From the NCBI RefSeq assembly GCF_052425735.1, contig NC_135758.1:806001-870000 (forward strand): DNA of 64,000 nt. The letters are read 5' to 3'. The number at the start of each line of letters is the position of its first letter. Position 1 is the first letter of the stretch. Shown here in pieces: positions 25,160 to 37,280 of the stretch. The position numbers were made by a program, and so were the translations under genes. Source of the stretch: Oculina patagonica. Lineage: Eukaryota. The notes beneath the pieces are model-generated. The model did not search any database, had not been told where the DNA came from, and saw only the letters and a list, made by a program, of their open reading frames with translations.

Positions 25160-26263
25160 ATGGAGTTGAATCGTACAGAGGACGAAAATCTTACAGAATT
25201 CGACAACGAAAACTTTGATGAGGAATACCACGCCTTTGTGCCCAACATCTATGATACGTTTTCTGTATTTGGCTGGATTTTAATAATCTGTGGAATCACC
25301 GAAAATGTTGTCGTTTGCTGGATATTGGTTCGTAAGGAGAAGTACTTGAAAAGCTTTGCCAACTTTCATTTACTGAATTTAGCCATTACTGACATTCTAT
25401 TTCGGATCGTCGCCATTCCCGATCTTCTGGAAGACCAGATTATTTCTAAGAACGACTTCACGTGTAAAATTGGAGAATTTGGTAAATATACTACTTTAGC
25501 GGTTACATTTGCTCTTCTCGCTGGAATTGCATTGGATCGTTACATTCATATTGTTCATCCCTTTCGAGCAAGAACAGTGACTTGGAAACACAGTCGAAAC
25601 TTGATTGCTTTGTCATGGATTTACGGAGCATTGTGTTCGGCGCCATTTTTATACAGCACGAAGCTTGAAGTTTATGTTGACGACGAAACCTTGGAGACAT
25701 TTTTAAACTGCTACGATTTGCCTGGCCTGCCTTTCCGTATTTCTGTAACTGTGTTTCTTGTGTTTTCGTTTGTAATTCCGTTGGTTTTCATGGGTGTTGT
25801 GTATAGCAAAATTGTGAACGTGTTATGGAGTCGCACTCGTAGAAATGTCATAAACAAAAACATTGCAAAGATAAAAATTCGAGCAGTGAAGATGATGATA
25901 GTGATTGTTCTCACATATCTTGTCACCTGGGGTCCCATGCTTATTCTGAAAACCATGGAGGCTTTTTATTTCGAAGAGGTAACCTATAAGCAGACCGAGA
26001 GCGAAGAGGACGAAGACTTAAATATCCAAGATGGCCTTGAGGCAGCATTTGTTACACTTTCTTTTGCGAGTTCAGTTTTAAATCCTCTGATATTTGGGTA
26101 TTACAATGGGAGCTTTAGAGAAGAGTTAAAGAACATTTATTTTGGGATAAAGGGCGCCAAATGCTTTAGGAAACGTAAGCACAAAATTGCTCCCCGTCCG
26201 ATAAAAATTCATGTTTCCACTGGGTGTAGTGAAGCCAAGCATACAAACGATAACACTTTATGA
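25160..26263 (+). CDS. Intronless class-A GPCR type B, copy B1
   Basis: NLAITD, DRY, TWGP and NPLIF motifs; ATG at 25160. Confidence 0.93.
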   Translation: MELNRTEDENLTEFDNENFDEEYHAFVPNIYDTFSVFGWILIICGITENVVVCWILVRKEKYLKSFANFHLLNLAITDILFRIVAIPDLLEDQIISKNDFTCKIGEFGKYTTLAVTFALLAGIALDRYIHIVHPFRARTVTWKHSRNLIALSWIYGALCSAPFLYSTKLEVYVDDETLETFLNCYDLPGLPFRISVTVFLVFSFVIPLVFMGVVYSKIVNVLWSRTRRNVINKNIAKIKIRAVKMMIVIVLTYLVTWGPMLILKTMEAFYFEEVTYKQTESEEDEDLNIQDGLEAAFVTLSFASSVLNPLIFGYYNGSFREELKNIYFGIKGAKCFRKRKHKIAPRPIKIHVSTGCSEAKHTNDNTL

Positions 26264-26344
26264 GCCTTTACAACTGTTAAAACGCAGATTCAGCTAATAT
26301 ATTTTTGCTTTATTCTTTTTTATTTTCAAGTTCCTTAACGAATT

Positions 26345-27079
26345 GTAGCTACACCACATTAGCTGTCACATTCACGCTTCTGTTGGGAATTGCTTTCGAT
26401 CGCTATGTCCACATTGTTCATCCGATAAGAGCCAGGTCCATCACGTGGAAACACAGCCGCAGTGTGGTCGTTATTTCATGGTTGTACTCGGCAGCTTGCT
26501 CTTCGCCATTCCTCTACAGCATGAAATACGTAAAAGCTGACTGGAATCTCACAGCTAATACAGAATACGAGCTTTGCCTCTCCACGTTAGGCCTAAAGGA
26601 GAAAATGTACATTATGCTACTTATTGTTGATGACACAGCAGATTTAACTTTTAAAAGTTCAATTTTAAATCCTGTGATATTTGGTTATTACAATATGTCT
26701 TTTCGAGAGGACTTAAAGGATCAATTTAGGTTTCTGGGAAACTGCTCACCTACCCCTCCCCAAACCTAACATTAACCCTTACTTATCGCTTTGGGCAAAA
26801 TGTTAGGTTTGGGGAGGGGTAGGTGAGCAGTTTCCCAGAAACCTAAATTGATCCGACTTAAAGAAGTGTTGTTGCAGGTGGGATTGTTTAAACTGTTTTC
26901 AAAAATGCAACCGAATAACCGAAACTCGAAATAAGACAGAGAAACAAAATGTCTTTGTTTTGGACACGCGACCAAAAACTACGGAAAATATTGCGTTAGG
27001 AGACAGAGTAAAAGCTTTTGAAAATGTTTGTGTTTTGGAAGGCGAATCAAATGAAGAGAATAAAGTGACTAAGTTGTAA
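26345..27079 (+). pseudogene. Type-A GPCR pseudogene (5' truncated, TM5-TM6 deleted, MITE inserted)
   Basis: Matches 17926-18175, then ~18485-18824. About 310 bp are missing and a 137-bp MITE is inserted at 26718. Confidence 0.9.
26718..26854. mobile_element. 137-bp MITE with perfect 56-bp TIRs and 8-bp TSD
   Basis: GGATCAATTTAGGTTTCTGGGAAACTGCTCACC... / ...CCCAGAAACCTAAATTGATCC; TSD GACTTAAA at 26710-26717 and 26855-26862; empty site at ~18600. Confidence 0.95.
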
Positions 27080-27957
27080 AGAGCAAACAAATGTTACATT
27101 TATGTGAAATACAATTGTATTTTTCAAGAGTATTTTTTGTTTCTCATTTGCATATCTAACGATTAAATTTGCAATGGTAATACAACTGAGTAGATTATAA
27201 TTCAGCAAGTTTTAATTTTAATCAGTTGAGTGGAGCCCGTAGAATAAGATCGAGAAAAAAAAAAATAAAAACAGCGATTACAGCATGACCTGGCTACCTT
27301 AAACTCCCCGCTATCCCAAAGCGTACTTCCAGACAATATTCACCGAAATTTTTGAGACTACTTGCATGATTCTTGCCGAATTGCTGACGCTCATTCTATT
27401 TTTTTGCCTGTTTCAACATTAAAAGTTAAACATTGCCTTTGGCATTACAGCTGGTTCCGCTACACATTATGTAAAATCGTTAAATGAATATGATAAATTT
27501 ACCAAAACGATGTCAGTTCACCGATGGAAAAGGAAGTATAAAGAAAAATATCGTTAAAATGCTTCTGGGTCAATATCTACCACCTTTGCTGTAAAGATCA
27601 TTTATATATTTCATGCACATAATAGAATTCATTTATGGGCTAACAAAGAAAGCATGCATTGATTGGCTTGTCATGAGGTGACATTACAAAACAGGTAGCA
27701 GAAAGGTTCACTACTCATTATTAAGTAGATGGTCGATATAGGCCACTTAGAAAAGGCTCACTTTTTTATTTCGAAACTCCTTTTTCAATCAAACATTTAG
27801 TAATGCTATCTTTTTTTTAGTTTTCCATACTTTTTGTACCGTCAATTAACTACAAGCTTTTCAGTGGTGTAAATATTAGGTTTCGGAAAGTAACTCTTGA
27901 AGAAAGTGTCACAGGTATATCGAGTGGGAGGTGATAGAAAAAGACTTCGGTGAAATC

Positions 27958-29061
27958 ATGGAGTTGAATCATACAGGGGACGAAAATCTTACAGAATTCG
28001 ACAACGAAAACTTTGATGAGGAATACCAAACCTTTGTGCCCAACATCTATGATACGTTTTCTGTATTTGGCTGGATTTTAATAATCTGTGGAATCACCGA
28101 AAATGTTGTCGTTTGCTGGATATTGGTTCGTAAGGAGAAGTACTTGAAAAGCTTTGCCAACTTTCATTTACTGAATTTAGCCATTACTGACATTCTATTT
28201 CGGATCGTCGCCATTCCCGATCTTCTGGAAGACCAGATTATTTCTAAGAACGACTTCACGTGTAAAATTGGAGAATTTGGTAAATATACTACTTTAGCGG
28301 TTACATTTGCTCTTCTCGCTGGAATTGCATTGGATCGCTACATTCACATTGTTCATCCCTTCAGAGCAAGAACAGTGACTTGGAAACACAGTCGAAACTT
28401 GATTGCTTTGTCATGGATTTACGGAGCATTGTGTTCGGCGCCATTTTTATACAGCACGAAGCTTGAAGTTTATGTTGACGACGAAACCTTGGAGACATTT
28501 TCAAACTGCTACGATTTGCCTGGCGTGCCTTTCCGTATTTCTGTAACTGTGTTTCTTGTGTTTTCATTTGTAATTCCATTGGTTTTCATGGGTGTTGTGT
28601 ATAGCAAAATTGTTAGCGTGTTATGGAGTCGCTCTCGTAGAAATGTCATAAACAAAAACATTGCAAAGATAAAAATTCGAGCAGTGAAGATGATGATAGT
28701 GATTGTCCTCACATATCTTGTCACCTGGGGGCCCATGCTTATTCTGAAAACCATGGAGGCTTTTTATTTCGAAGAGGTAACCTATAAGCAGACCGAGAGC
28801 GAAGAGGACGAAGACTTAAATATCCAAGATGAACTTGAGGCAGCATTTGTTACGCTTTCTTTTGCGAGTTCAGTTTTAAATCCCCTAATATTTGGGTATT
28901 ACAATGGGAGCTTTAGAGAAGAGTTAAAGAACATTTATTTTGGGATAAAGGGCGCCAAATGCTTTAGGAAACGTAAGCACAAAATCGCCCCCCGTCCGAT
29001 AAAAATTCATGTTTCCACTGGGTGCAGTGAAGCCAGGCATACAAACGATAACACTTTATGA
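27958..29061 (+). CDS. Intronless class-A GPCR type B, copy B2
   Basis: Differs from B1 at about 10 residues; all 7TM motifs intact. Confidence 0.93.
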   Translation: MELNHTGDENLTEFDNENFDEEYQTFVPNIYDTFSVFGWILIICGITENVVVCWILVRKEKYLKSFANFHLLNLAITDILFRIVAIPDLLEDQIISKNDFTCKIGEFGKYTTLAVTFALLAGIALDRYIHIVHPFRARTVTWKHSRNLIALSWIYGALCSAPFLYSTKLEVYVDDETLETFSNCYDLPGVPFRISVTVFLVFSFVIPLVFMGVVYSKIVSVLWSRSRRNVINKNIAKIKIRAVKMMIVIVLTYLVTWGPMLILKTMEAFYFEEVTYKQTESEEDEDLNIQDELEAAFVTLSFASSVLNPLIFGYYNGSFREELKNIYFGIKGAKCFRKRKHKIAPRPIKIHVSTGCSEARHTNDNTL

Positions 29062-30693
29062 GCCTTTACAACTGTTAAAACGCAGATTCAGCTAATATAT
29101 TTTTTTGCTTTATTTTTTTTATTTTCAAGTTCCTTAACGAATTCATTCCACTTTTGATACTTTATAATATTTGCCGACATTATTTTTCATTGAACAAGAA
29201 ACACACTATGTGAACAGGTTTATGTAAATTTAAGCTGACAGACAAGTGTTTTATAAAACAGCTTTCTGAAAAGCTTTAATTGAAGCTACGACTAAAGCCA
29301 TTTTAATCATCGTTTGGCGACTGTATGAATCGAACAAATTTGTCTTTTTGAAATTAGGTTTGGGAAAACTTCATTCATAATGACGGTCTACCTATCACAA
29401 CAGCTCTAGTAATATAGTCGTAATTTAGGTTATGCTGTACTACTACAGTGTAATAAATGGTAAACAGCTGTCTGTCATTCATTATATTGACACATTTATA
29501 TAATAGTTTCCCAAGTTTCCATTTTTTTTATCTTTTCTGCCGGTTTGACGTGAAAGAAAGTAATTAGTTGACTTGACCTTGTTTTATGTTTGTGGGTCAA
29601 TGAGAAATTAAAAATACGGAACTATATCACAAAATAAAAAACACATCAAAGTAGTTCATTGTAATTTATTACTGCATTTTATCAATCGCAAAATGAAGCT
29701 TCCTATCAATTTCTCTGAATTTGACTTAATTTTACAGTTTTCCCACTTCATTTATTCATTTAGAATTTTTTTCGATAGGCAAATCAATGAAGAAACAACG
29801 CAAATAAGCCTATTTGCGACACGCTTTTAAACCGGCTTCCTTGCCACAGCAAAGTACGTTCCACGCTTTGTTTATGGCAGAAACGCGTTTGGCAGTGTTT
29901 TTATAACATGACTAAATCTCTTTTTTTAACTCGGTAAATGGAAAAAAAATATGTATCTTGGGTAAGTAAATGTTAATTTCTCGGTCAGTTTGTTGTACAT
30001 GAAGAGAATAACACGTTTAATAACAGTAAAAAAACAATAAATCAGGAACCTTTTCTTTGGTTTCAAATATTATCCATTCTTTGTTAAACAAATGATTAAT
30101 AAAAGTGCTTTAGCTTACATGTTAGAAATTGGCAAACAATTCATGTTTTAATGTGAAGAGATTGGAACCTAACAGTATGCAAGCGTTCTCTTCTTGTTAG
30201 CCCCTGACGTCATCATTAAAGACGCGTGACGTCACAGCATGTTTTAAATCATTACCAGGTTGCTCCGTCCCCAAAGAACTGAAATAACAGTGTTTGTCTG
30301 ATAATTATGCAAACTGAGCTGTCTCGTACAGTGATCACAAATTCTCGGTAAAAATTCAAAATTGAAAAATAAACCGTTCTTTCCGACAATTCACTTTAAC
30401 TTGTAAGGCTATTTGTATGATTCTTGCCTAACTGCTAATACGTTCATTTTATTTTTTTTTGTTTACTTTATACAGTATAAAAGTTAAACATTGCCTTGGT
30501 CCTTAACAGCTGGTTCTATACATCCTGTATAATCGTTATATGATTATGACAAATTTAACAACGAGATGACAATCCGCCGTTAATTGGAAGTATAAGGTAA
30601 AATATCGTAAAGATGCACCATAAAAATAACGATATCTTACTAGCTTCCAGTAATTTATGCAAATAATATTAATAATTACGGTGGCCCACAACT

Positions 30694-31010
30694 GTCACGG
30701 CAAAATCGTTTTCGCTACGGCAAAATCATTTTCGCCACAGCAAAATCGTTTTCGCTACGGCAAAATCGTTTTCGCCACGGCAAAATCGTTTTCGCTACGG
30801 CAAAATCATTTTCGCCACGGCAAAATCAATTTCGCTACGGCAAAATCAATTTCGCTACGGCAAAATCATTTTTGCCACGGCAAAATCAACTTCGTCATGG
30901 CAAAATCATTTTAACTACGCCAAAATCAATTTCGTACACGGCAAAATCAATTTTGTGTTACGGCAAAATTAAATTCACTCACGGCAAAATCAATTTGACT
31001 CACGACAATT
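30694..31010 (+). repeat. Subterminal 20-bp tandem repeats (GCTACGGCAAAATCGTTTTC) in the left TIR
   Basis: CAAAATC recurs every 20 bp from 30701; mirrored at ~37400-37656 with three fewer units. Confidence 0.95.
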
Positions 31011-31129
31011 TTTTTTCCACTGGCGGCAAAATCTTTTTAACTTACTCACGTGATGCTGGCTCGCAAAGTGTCATGGGAGTCAATCCAACATGGCGGAGCT
31101 GTGTTCACTCGTGTGACTTTTTACCGAGG

Positions 31130-32635
31130 ATGTTTTGCGCAAATTGTGGCACTAATGTGCCACCAACAGCACGATTTTGCGTGCAGTGTGGACAAGGTAG
31201 GCTGTAGTGTTAATCAGAATGTATTTAAATGATCTAGCTTTTATTACATTTATTGTTTTGTTTGCAACTGAACCTAGCCGTGCATGATCACCGACTCTGA
31301 GATATAAACTCGGAGTACTTCAATATAGAAAAGTCAAAGGCCTAATAACCATAAATACCCTTGTGGTATTTTTTTTGAATGCTATGTTTTGGTCATGTTA
31401 TAGTTATACCTACAAACAGTAACACAAGCAATTCAGACTCAGACTCAGACTCTGATACTGACCCTGACGACGAGGAGTGCGAATTCGACGAAGAGGAAGT
31501 TCTAAAGTATTACTTCAATCGTGGATTCAATTACCAAGAAATTCTTCTGTTTCTTTCTGAACGCCATAATCATCCTTTAAGTTACAGTACACTGTTACGG
31601 CGACTGAAAAAGTATGGTTTGGGAAGGCGAGGCGTGACAAATAAAGACGAATTTAATGATACCTTTGGTAAGGTGCAACAGCGCATGGCGGAACTTATAA
31701 ATGGACCATGGTCATCGGCAGGATATCGAACAATTTGGCACATACTTGAAATGGAAGGTCTAAGGATACCAAGAGCAATTGTACAAGACCTGCTGAAAGA
31801 GATGGATCCAGACGCAACAGCACATAGGCGTAAACATCGCTTGAAGAGAAGAAGATATCAGAATCCTGGGCCAAACTACGCCTGGCACATAGATGGGTAC
31901 GATAAGTTAAAGCACTGGGGTTTTCCCATTCATGGAGCAATTGATGGATTTAGTCGGAAGATACTATGGCTTGAGGTTGCACGTTCTAACAATTCTCCTC
32001 ATAAAATAGCTTCGTACTATGTGCGAACAGCTTCAGAGCGGGACAAATGCCCTGTAGAATTGATCACAGATTTGGGCACAGAAAATGGCTTAGCAGCGGC
32101 TATACAGACATTTTTTCGCGACAATCCCGATGCCCATCGTTATGTTGCCTCGCCAAGAAACCAACGAATAGAGGGGTGGTGGTCTTTTTATTCCAAAAGT
32201 CACTCTAAATGGTGGAGAAGCTTTTTCAATGATTTGGAATTTCAAGGAACGGTGGACACTTCATCTGAAATGGCCATGGAATGTCTCTGGTATTGTTTTA
32301 ACGGGGTTCTACAAGCAGAGTTGGATACAGTGAAAGAGCGATGGAACACCCACAGAATCCGAAAATCAAGACACGACACAGTACCAGGGCGTCCTGACTC
32401 TCTGTTTTTCTTACCAGAGCTCCATGGCGCATCTGATAATGGCGTGCCAATAGCAGTTGCAGAAATACTCTATGTCACCCAAGAAATAATTGAAGACGAC
32501 CACAGTCAAGATAACGAGTATCAGGAGTACTTTGACTATGCAAGAACAAGCCTTTCAATTCCTCTGCCAAACAACTGGGAAGAGGCCCTTTCCTTATACA
32601 CAAAATTGATGTTTGTTGCTACTCATGGCCAGTAG
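31130..32635 (+). CDS. DDE integrase-core transposase (~432 aa) with spliced N-terminal zinc ribbon; exons 31130-31196, 31404-32635
   Basis: WHIDG...IHGAIDGFSR...ITDLGTEN...NQRIEGWW (D, D, E of the IS3/IS481-like integrase core). N-terminal HTH 'YYFNRGFNYQEIL...LSYSTLLRRLKKYGL'. Phase-1 GT/AG intron 31197-31403. Confidence 0.88.
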
Positions 32636-33943
32636 CTCCCCTAGTTCTTACACGCTTAGATTTACATACAGAGAAAAACCCTCTAAGTTTTTTGAAAAGA
32701 TTTTCGTCTAAAAAGGATGCATAACAGAAACTTTACAAATCTTCCGTCGTGTTAAGATTTTTACGTCACCTCAAGTGTGATACTTAAGAGTATCCAAAAA
32801 ATTAAATTGACTTGCCTTTCTAGATAAAAGCTGTCTGTAGTGACCAGCGACATCTCAGTTTCAAAAAACGTGTTTGAAATGGGGTTACAAGTAAATTTCC
32901 AGTTGTATTTCTGCCTATGAAGGTTTAGTAGTATCTTCTTTAGGAATTCAAACTCTTTGTAAGAAGCACGGAATAAAGGACATCGGATGTTTGCGCATGG
33001 CTCAGTTTGCTTTCACTGTCGCTCTAAAATCACGTAAGCAAAAACTAGTGGGAAATTGAACACTTCATTACTCTCTATTCTGAGTGCTTGAGATGACGAA
33101 GGCGCAGCGATGACCAACCTCGTTCTTAGGGTATCTCTCTCTCCCCTTCATCCCACTCTTGAGGCAGGGGAATGAAAAATCCTGGGAACGAGGTTGGTGA
33201 ATGGCTTCCCAAGAAGTTAAACATGTCCATTGATTGAAACTTTATTTAATTTAACCATTGCATCACATACAAAAAGTGAATGCGAAAAACGTGCAAAAAC
33301 GGATGTTCAAACTGTCAAAAAAGAGATCAGAAGTCAGTTCAGTTGTACTGTCAGGATGTACAATCCAACAAAACAAACATTCAACAAACGATAACTATTA
33401 AGAATAAAACGAATACGGCACTCAACTGGCACGGTCTTTATCACAGTAAGCTACAAGGCTCTGTTCTCGTTGCCCCAAAAGTTAATCACATCGTTTGATG
33501 AAAGCAGTGCTTTCATCGAATACAAAAAGTGAATTTCAACATAAATACAGGTGCAAAACATGTGTTAACACTTGGTGTACTGTCCGGATGTACGAATCCA
33601 ACAAAACTAACAGGTTAAAAAAAAAATTAAGGCACGTGGTTTGTAAGAAACAAACAACCTTGAATCAATTTAAACTACTAAGGCAAGTGATCATTAAGAC
33701 ATGCCGATTTTCTGATAAACAGCATCGTGATTAACTTCTTATAGATGACATGGCTAATTTGCATTGGGCAAGATTTCTGCACAGCCCCATACATTAATTA
33801 TGCATGCAATTTTGTGACTGATTCGTTCTTTCTCATGATTGCTGTTTGTGTCGAGTGATAGTATAAAATAGTTGCATACATAATTAACGAATGGGGCTGT
33901 GCGAAAATCTTTCCTTGTATTTGGACACAGGCTATATCAAGTG

Positions 33944-36900
33944 TTATGGTTTTGCAAAGGCTTGACCTTTGCAGTAAGCCAACGTAAATACATGTCTGAA
34001 ATCTTCATAGGTGTTCATGTGTTCAATGGGAAGAGTAATTTCCATCCCACACGCTCCAACATAAGGAAAACATACAGTGTGATTAGGAGCGCGGATCTTG
34101 CAATCATGATCGAAATTTATGGCTATCTGTACTTTTGTCCCATTCACCTCTCTGTGTCGCTGGCCAGTCAGCCATCCCATGACTCCTGCAGCATTCAATT
34201 CAGGTGTTTGAAATTTTTCCATTTCAGATGGTTCTTCGGGGATCTCTGCTCTGTCCTGAAGCAGGCCATCTTCATAATTCCACGCTATTGGGGCAGAATA
34301 GCCTGTGATGTTGTCATCTTCTAAGCTGAGCAGAAAATCTTGAAAGTGATCCACAATTTTCTCCTCCACGAGTCTTCGTGAGGAGCCTTCAGGAGAGTAT
34401 CGTGGGTTTAGTGCTCCAGCCAGATAGTTAGCATCGACATCACTTATATGCCCCTTGATGAACAACGGTTTGCAGGCATCTGGACTCTGTGAAAGAATAC
34501 TTGAAAGTCCATAAAGATCCATTCCTTGCCTAAACTCGTTTAGGCAGAGAACTCTTTTATGCCAAATACTGACCAAGACTGATCCCAAGATGTCGTCAAT
34601 ATGTTCTTCATTTATGACTCCCGTGTAACCGTGTTCTATGATTAAATCTTGGTGGTTACCCACATCTTCTCTGATGGTGTCAAATAGCTTCTGCTGTTCA
34701 GAGGTTAGATGTTTTTCAGGTGAAAGAGCTCTTATGTCCATGTTCAAGTTTATCAGTGAATCAAATGTTACAGCGTTAAGAAAGTTGGGAGGTGGGCCGT
34801 TTTGGGCCAGGCTTGTGGCAACGATTTCTCCTGCGGTCCTGAAGGTTTCATTTCGGACAAAAAGCGTGGATTCGACTGGGGATCCTCCAGGAAACAAGGT
34901 GCTGCCTATTTGTGTAATGGTGTCCGAGAAGTACTCCCTTGCTAAGGCACCGGAGTCGATGCCTTCCTCTCCAAGGTATTTTACCGTGACACGATTCTTT
35001 GGAGAATTTCGCTTGCTCTCACGTTGCCACAAAGAGATTGCTCGCTGAAAAGGGATCCCCCGCCTGACAACAAGAAAGAACTGTTCAGATGCAATAACGT
35101 GCTTCTCAAGAGATTGTACAACAGACGTGTAGTCACTAAAAGCTGCACTGTCTACTGCTCCTTCGACTGGCATTTCTTCTTGATTGCTGCCCTGTAAATC
35201 ATTATCAAAACTAGCTTGAATTGCTTGGGCAATTTCAAAGTCATCTTGTATTTGCAACTCTTGACTTTGTAGTTCACCTGCAATTTCATGGCCCTGTTCC
35301 TGGTCCTGCTTATCTACGTCCAAAACCTCTTTACTGCTTTCAGGAAGATTGTCGCCATCTCCGTTAACTGCATCTGGAAGATCTATTGATTCATCCCACA
35401 ACGAACCATCAGGCTTTTCCCCATCGGCAGCGACCCCACCTTCTGACAATCTAAAGTCTGACAATGTACAGAGGAACAATGTAATGCGTTTGAAGTCCTT
35501 CCCCAGTTCTTCTCGGTAACGATCTAAGGTAAAAAATTCTTTGCTCGAGCCAGGCAAGAAAGTGGCCTCCTTAAAATCTTCCAACAGGAGAACGTAATCT
35601 TCGCCACCATCATAGCAATTGCTAAAATATGCTTTCCACTTTTCAAGTGCTTTATTAAGCAGCACGGCAGGTGGGTCGTCTTTCCTCACTTTTAGTGCCA
35701 TACGCTTTCCATGTTTTCGTTTTAGATATTCACTACTTTCGCTCCACTCAACCAGACCTATGAATATAATAACTTCCTTTTCGTCATTTGTTCCCTTCTT
35801 GTCATCTTTTTTGCCTTTTACACTCTTGCCTTTCTTAGACACTCTCTCCTTCCACTCTTTTCCTTTATTTTTTTGGAAGTCAGCAAAAGACTTAACACTG
35901 ATTGATTCTGTGCTGCTGCACTGAGCTTGATTAAGAGGTTTCTCGACAACTGAAAAGAAATAATTCCGTTACGTTTTATTTTTCTTGACTGTGTGAAAAA
36001 CTAATGGGCACATGTGATACAATAATCGAAGGGCTGTTGTTGTTTATTTCACTCCATAACAAAGCTTAGAAGCGAATTTTTAAGTTTAAAGTAATTTAAA
36101 TTTTGCTTTCTTTTACTTGACAGCAGTGCTGAGCCTTAATTTTCGACTTACAATGAATGAATCTGTGTCAGTTTGCTGTTCTTTCATCAATCATGTACTG
36201 CTTTTCTACTTCATTTTACTCGCTCTTGTTGTGCACTAATGATTATTAACATTGACCTTTTCACATCAATCCTTTCGTTTTGCCTAGTTAATTTTACTAT
36301 GGGATTTCTGTGGTTTTTATACGTACCGCTAGATATTTCTTGTTCATAAAGCTCCCCAAATTTGCTGTTTTTAACCATTTTTCTAATGGAACTGCCAGGG
36401 GGTACCTCCTATAATGGCCTATACAGGGAGGCTACGCCTAAAAGGGATACCTTCAGGCTGCAGGTATATAAAACTTAAGGACAGGAACTTCACAAGTTTA
36501 GGCATATGAAAGGGTAGGGAAATATGTCATTTAAGTATTTAAAAGGGCCTTCAATTAAAATATTTCGAACAGACAAAACTTTCAGGTGTATTTTTTTTTA
36601 ATTTATTGAGCACTGCAAAAAAAAGGCAAGAATCGTCCTGTTCTTAGTCTATGCCATGTCTTTTAGCAATGTGAAAGGGGTACCTTTCTTTAGTAAAAGG
36701 TACACGAAGAGGCAGTTTCTGACAAAAAGGTATATTAAAGGAAAGGGGTCAGAGCTTGGGGCGGCCTCCCCGTAAAAAAACTTTCTTGAATGTCCCCCAT
36801 TCCCCCCACCCCAATAATGTAATAAATAAATCATAATTAAGAAAACACAATATACAACCGACGTAACCATTTGAACTAAATCAAACGTTCGATTACAGTA

Positions 36901-37280
36901 AGCAAACTCAATCGAATTTGACAAATCGATTTGTCGATTATGATTTTCAGTTCTTTGATTAGTTCGGAAAATTAACCCAATCGAACGAGTTCTCTCTCAC
37001 TTTTATGGGGTTCGCTTGCGTTTGACTATCGAACAAATCAAACCCAATCGTTCCATGAAGTTTGATTGAGTTCCATTACGGAACAGTTCGAGTCGGGATA
37101 GCTTATATCTCAGAGTCGGTGATCATGCACGGCTAGGTTCAGTTGCAAACAAAACAATAAATGTAATAAAAGCTAGATCATTTAAATACATTCTGATTAA
37201 CACTATAGCCTACCTTGTCCACACTGCACGCAAAATCGTGCTGTTGGTGGCACATTAGTGCCACAATTTGCGCAAAACAT
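33944..37280 (-). CDS. G2E3-like HECT-domain protein (~690 aa) with the same spliced N-terminal zinc ribbon; exons 37280-37214, 35949-33944
   Basis: HECT N-lobe 'VKYLGEEGIDSGALAREYF...AGEIVATSLAQNGPPPNF'; C-lobe 'WLTG...FPYVGAC...ITLP...Y' with the putative catalytic Cys and a Phe at -4 (FAKP*). UIM-like DDFEIAQAIQASF. Acceptor TTTCTTTTCAG at 35950 is in phase 1 and the frame is open into the annotated ORF. Confidence 0.82.

Noticed and set aside
30657-31232. ORFs 30657-30914, 30872-31207, 31050-31232 and their mirrors at 37178-37885
   Set aside because: Translations of the 20-bp repeats and TIR; only the 67-nt zinc-ribbon exon has splice and frame support.
31379-32635. Bacterial IS3/IS481 contamination or recent horizontal transfer
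   Set aside because: Spliceosomal-type introns, HECT partner gene, nested host MITEs and host GPCR flanks on both sides.
33899-35924. Plus-strand ORFs 33899-34324, 34638-35048, 35619-35924
   Set aside because: Antisense shadows of the HECT ORF with no recognisable motifs.
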